15,078 nt of DNA, from positions 1 to 15,078 of the forward strand of contig JBDRBN010000119.1 of the NCBI GenBank assembly GCA_043822785.1, given 5' to 3'. This document shows positions 14,961 through 15,078 of the stretch, piece after piece. The position numbers and the translations under genes are program-made. Position 1 is the stretch's first letter. Each line of letters starts with the position of its first letter. The stretch is from Pseudomonadota bacterium. GTDB taxonomy: Bacteria > UBA10199 > 2-02-FULL-44-16 > JAAZCA01. Under the pieces are notes generated by a model, which saw only the letters and a list, made by a program, of their open reading frames with translations, was not told where the DNA came from and did no database searches.

Positions 14961-15078
14961 TTACCGCTTACCCCTTACCCCTTACCCCTTACCCCTTACC
15001 CCTTACCCCTTACCCCTTACCCCTTACCCCTTACCCCTTACCCCTTACCCCTTACCCCTTACCCCTTACCCCTTACCC
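14961..15078. repeat. Heptanucleotide tandem repeat (TTACCCC)n running to the window end
   Basis: 15 perfect units plus TTACCC from 14968 to 15078, preceded by the variant TTACCGC at 14961. Confidence 0.97.

Noticed and set aside
14961..15078. True telomere or eukaryotic contamination
   Set aside because: All genes are bacterial, the repeat grades into flanking sequence, and strand polarity is opposite to canonical telomeres. Kept only as an SSR finding.

Overview
Bacterial window, probably from a Gram-negative Deltaproteobacteria/Myxococcota-like genome (inferred from gene content only), with 14 likely genes. From the left: a partial HdeD/DUF308-like membrane protein, two secreted hypotheticals, and a beta-barrel porin divergent from an orphan PotD-like polyamine-binding protein plus a dCache-HAMP-PAS sensor that lacks an output domain. 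Next come a small membrane protein, a SAM methyltransferase, a RhlE-type DEAD-box helicase with a structured leader, a Zn-ribbon/Tudor-like protein, a small membrane protein and a HelD-like SF1 ATPase. The last two genes are a GC-rich, apparently catalytically dead lytic transglycosylase and a B12-binding radical SAM enzyme. The most notable signal is non-coding. A recurring hairpin element (14-bp arms GTCAGACGGAGCAA...TTGCTCCGTCTGAC, 41-bp spacer with an IHF-like site, tandem duplications at the stem feet) occurs as two full copies plus degenerate or half copies, several at junctions between genes of different GC content. This suggests a REP-like, non-integron gene-cassette system. The right end is a cluster of nested palindromic repeats, including a 27-bp mini-element inserted into other repeats and into itself, and it finishes in a (TTACCCC)n array. 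No transposase or recombinase gene is visible in the window.
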